DNA from: Eledone cirrhosa
Taxonomy: Eukaryota
Assembly (NCBI GenBank): GCA_964016885.1
Contig: CAXHJY010000696.1
Span: 1 to 64,000 of the forward strand
Direction of reading: 5' to 3'
DNA: 64,000 nt
How positions within the stretch are numbered: position 1 is the first letter of the stretch; every line of letters begins with the position of its first letter. Both the position numbers and the translations under genes were made by a program. Shown here piece by piece: positions 63,191 through 64,000 of this stretch. Below the pieces are notes generated by a model that was not told the origin of the DNA, searched no databases, and was given only the letters and a program-made list of their open reading frames with translations.

Positions 63191-64000
63191 TTGAATGAAG
63201 GAAGGAGTGGAAGGAAGTATGACTGTAATGATGTATTGAAGGAAGGAAGGAGTGGAAGGAAGTATGACTGTAATGATGTATTGAAGGAAGGAAGGAGGGA
63301 GTGGGAGGAAGTATGACTGTAATGATGTATTGAAGAAAGGAAGGAGTGGAAGGAAGTATGACTGTAATGATGTATTGAAGGAAGGAAGGAGTGGAAGGAA
63401 GTATGACTGTAATGATGTATTGAAGGAAGGAGTGGAAAGGAAGTATGACTGTAATGATGTATTGAAGGAAGGAGTGGAAGGAAGTATGACTGTAATGATG
63501 TATTGAAGGAAGGAGTGGAAGGAAGTATGACAGTAAGGATGTATTGAAGGAAGGAGTGGAAGTAAGTATGATTGTAGTGATGTATTGAACGAATGAAGGA
63601 TTGGATGGAAGTATAACTGTAATGATGTATTGAAGGAACGAAGGAAGGAGTGGAAGGAAGTATGACTGTAATGATGTATTGAAGGAAGGAAGGAGTGGAA
63701 GGAAGTATGACAGTAATGATGTATTGAAGGAAGGAAGGAGTGGAAGGAAGTATGACTGTAATGATGTATTGAAGGAGGGAAGGAAGGCGTGGAAGGAAGT
63801 ATGACTGTAATGATGTATTGAAGGAGGGAAGGAAGGCGTCGAAGGAAGTATGACTGTAATGATGTATTGAAGGAGGGAAGGAAGGAGTGGAAGGAAGTAT
63901 GACTGTAATGATGTATTGAAGGAAGGAAGGAGTGGAAGGAAGTATGACTGTAATGATGTATTGAAGGAGGGAAGGAAGGCTTGGAAGGAAGTATGACTGT

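Larger units (their letters stand above)
1..64000. repeat. Tandem satellite array, 45-bp consensus monomer GAAGGAAGGAAGGAGTGGAAGGAAGTATGACTGTAATGATGTATT, ~1,400 copies, single orientation; runs off both window edges
   Basis: The core GTATGACTGTAATGATGTATT (or a close variant) recurs about every 41-53 bp from first to last base, separated only by GGAA-rich purine tracts. No non-repeat segment was seen. Confidence 0.99.

Noticed and set aside
1-64000. CRISPR-like pattern of a constant ~20-28-bp repeat with variable intervening sequence
   Set aside because: The intervening segments are all variants of one GGAA tract rather than unique spacers. The repeat has no palindrome, and there is no leader or cas gene.
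1-64000. Telomerase-made telomeric repeat, suggested by the strong G-rich/C-poor strand bias
   Set aside because: A 45-bp unit is longer than telomerase repeats I know. Inherited point variants and kb-scale duplications indicate recombination-based evolution, and no chromosome end is visible. A subtelomeric location is not excluded.
1-64000. Shine-Dalgarno-like AAGGAG/GGAGG upstream of ATG in each monomer; C-box-like ATGATG (snoRNA)
   Set aside because: These are chance products of a GGAA-rich repeat. The consensus ATGs lead to a stop within a few codons, and the consensus has no D box (CTGA) or terminal stem.
1-64000. Whole window as a sequencing or synthetic artefact
   Set aside because: Hierarchical, position-specific shared variants and nested duplications are what real satellite evolution produces, not random error. 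Individual duplications could still be mis-assembled.
1-64000. Variant monomers as an antigenic-variation or diversity-generating cassette system
   Set aside because: No expression site, recombinase, reverse transcriptase or adenine-specific mutation pattern is present. Slippage and unequal exchange are sufficient to explain the variation.

Overview
The whole 64-kb window is one uninterrupted head-to-tail tandem array (satellite/minisatellite DNA), with every unit in the same orientation. The consensus monomer is 45 bp, GAAGGAAGGAAGGAGTGGAAGGAAGTATGACTGTAATGATGTATT (17 G, 17 A, 10 T, 1 C), giving roughly 1,400 copies (64 kb divided by ~46 bp). Length variants (28, 32, 41, 42, 49, 53, 54, 58 bp) come almost entirely from the purine half. 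I see no unique sequence, gene, RNA gene, transposon, CRISPR array or inversion. Every listed ORF is explained by the repeat: the consensus minus strand has no stop codon in any frame, and 45 bp equals 15 codons on the plus strand. The real information is the internal architecture. The monomer parses as a decayed (GGAA)n tetranucleotide repeat with near-mirror symmetry. There are local higher-order repeats (81-294 bp), kb-scale duplications (2530, 1599, 1417 bp), position-restricted cassettes of variant monomers, and matches 12 kb and 54-60 kb apart. A eukaryotic heterochromatic, centromeric or subtelomeric origin is a reasonable inference, but the organism and function cannot be read from the sequence. 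I found no support for a novel protein-coding system.
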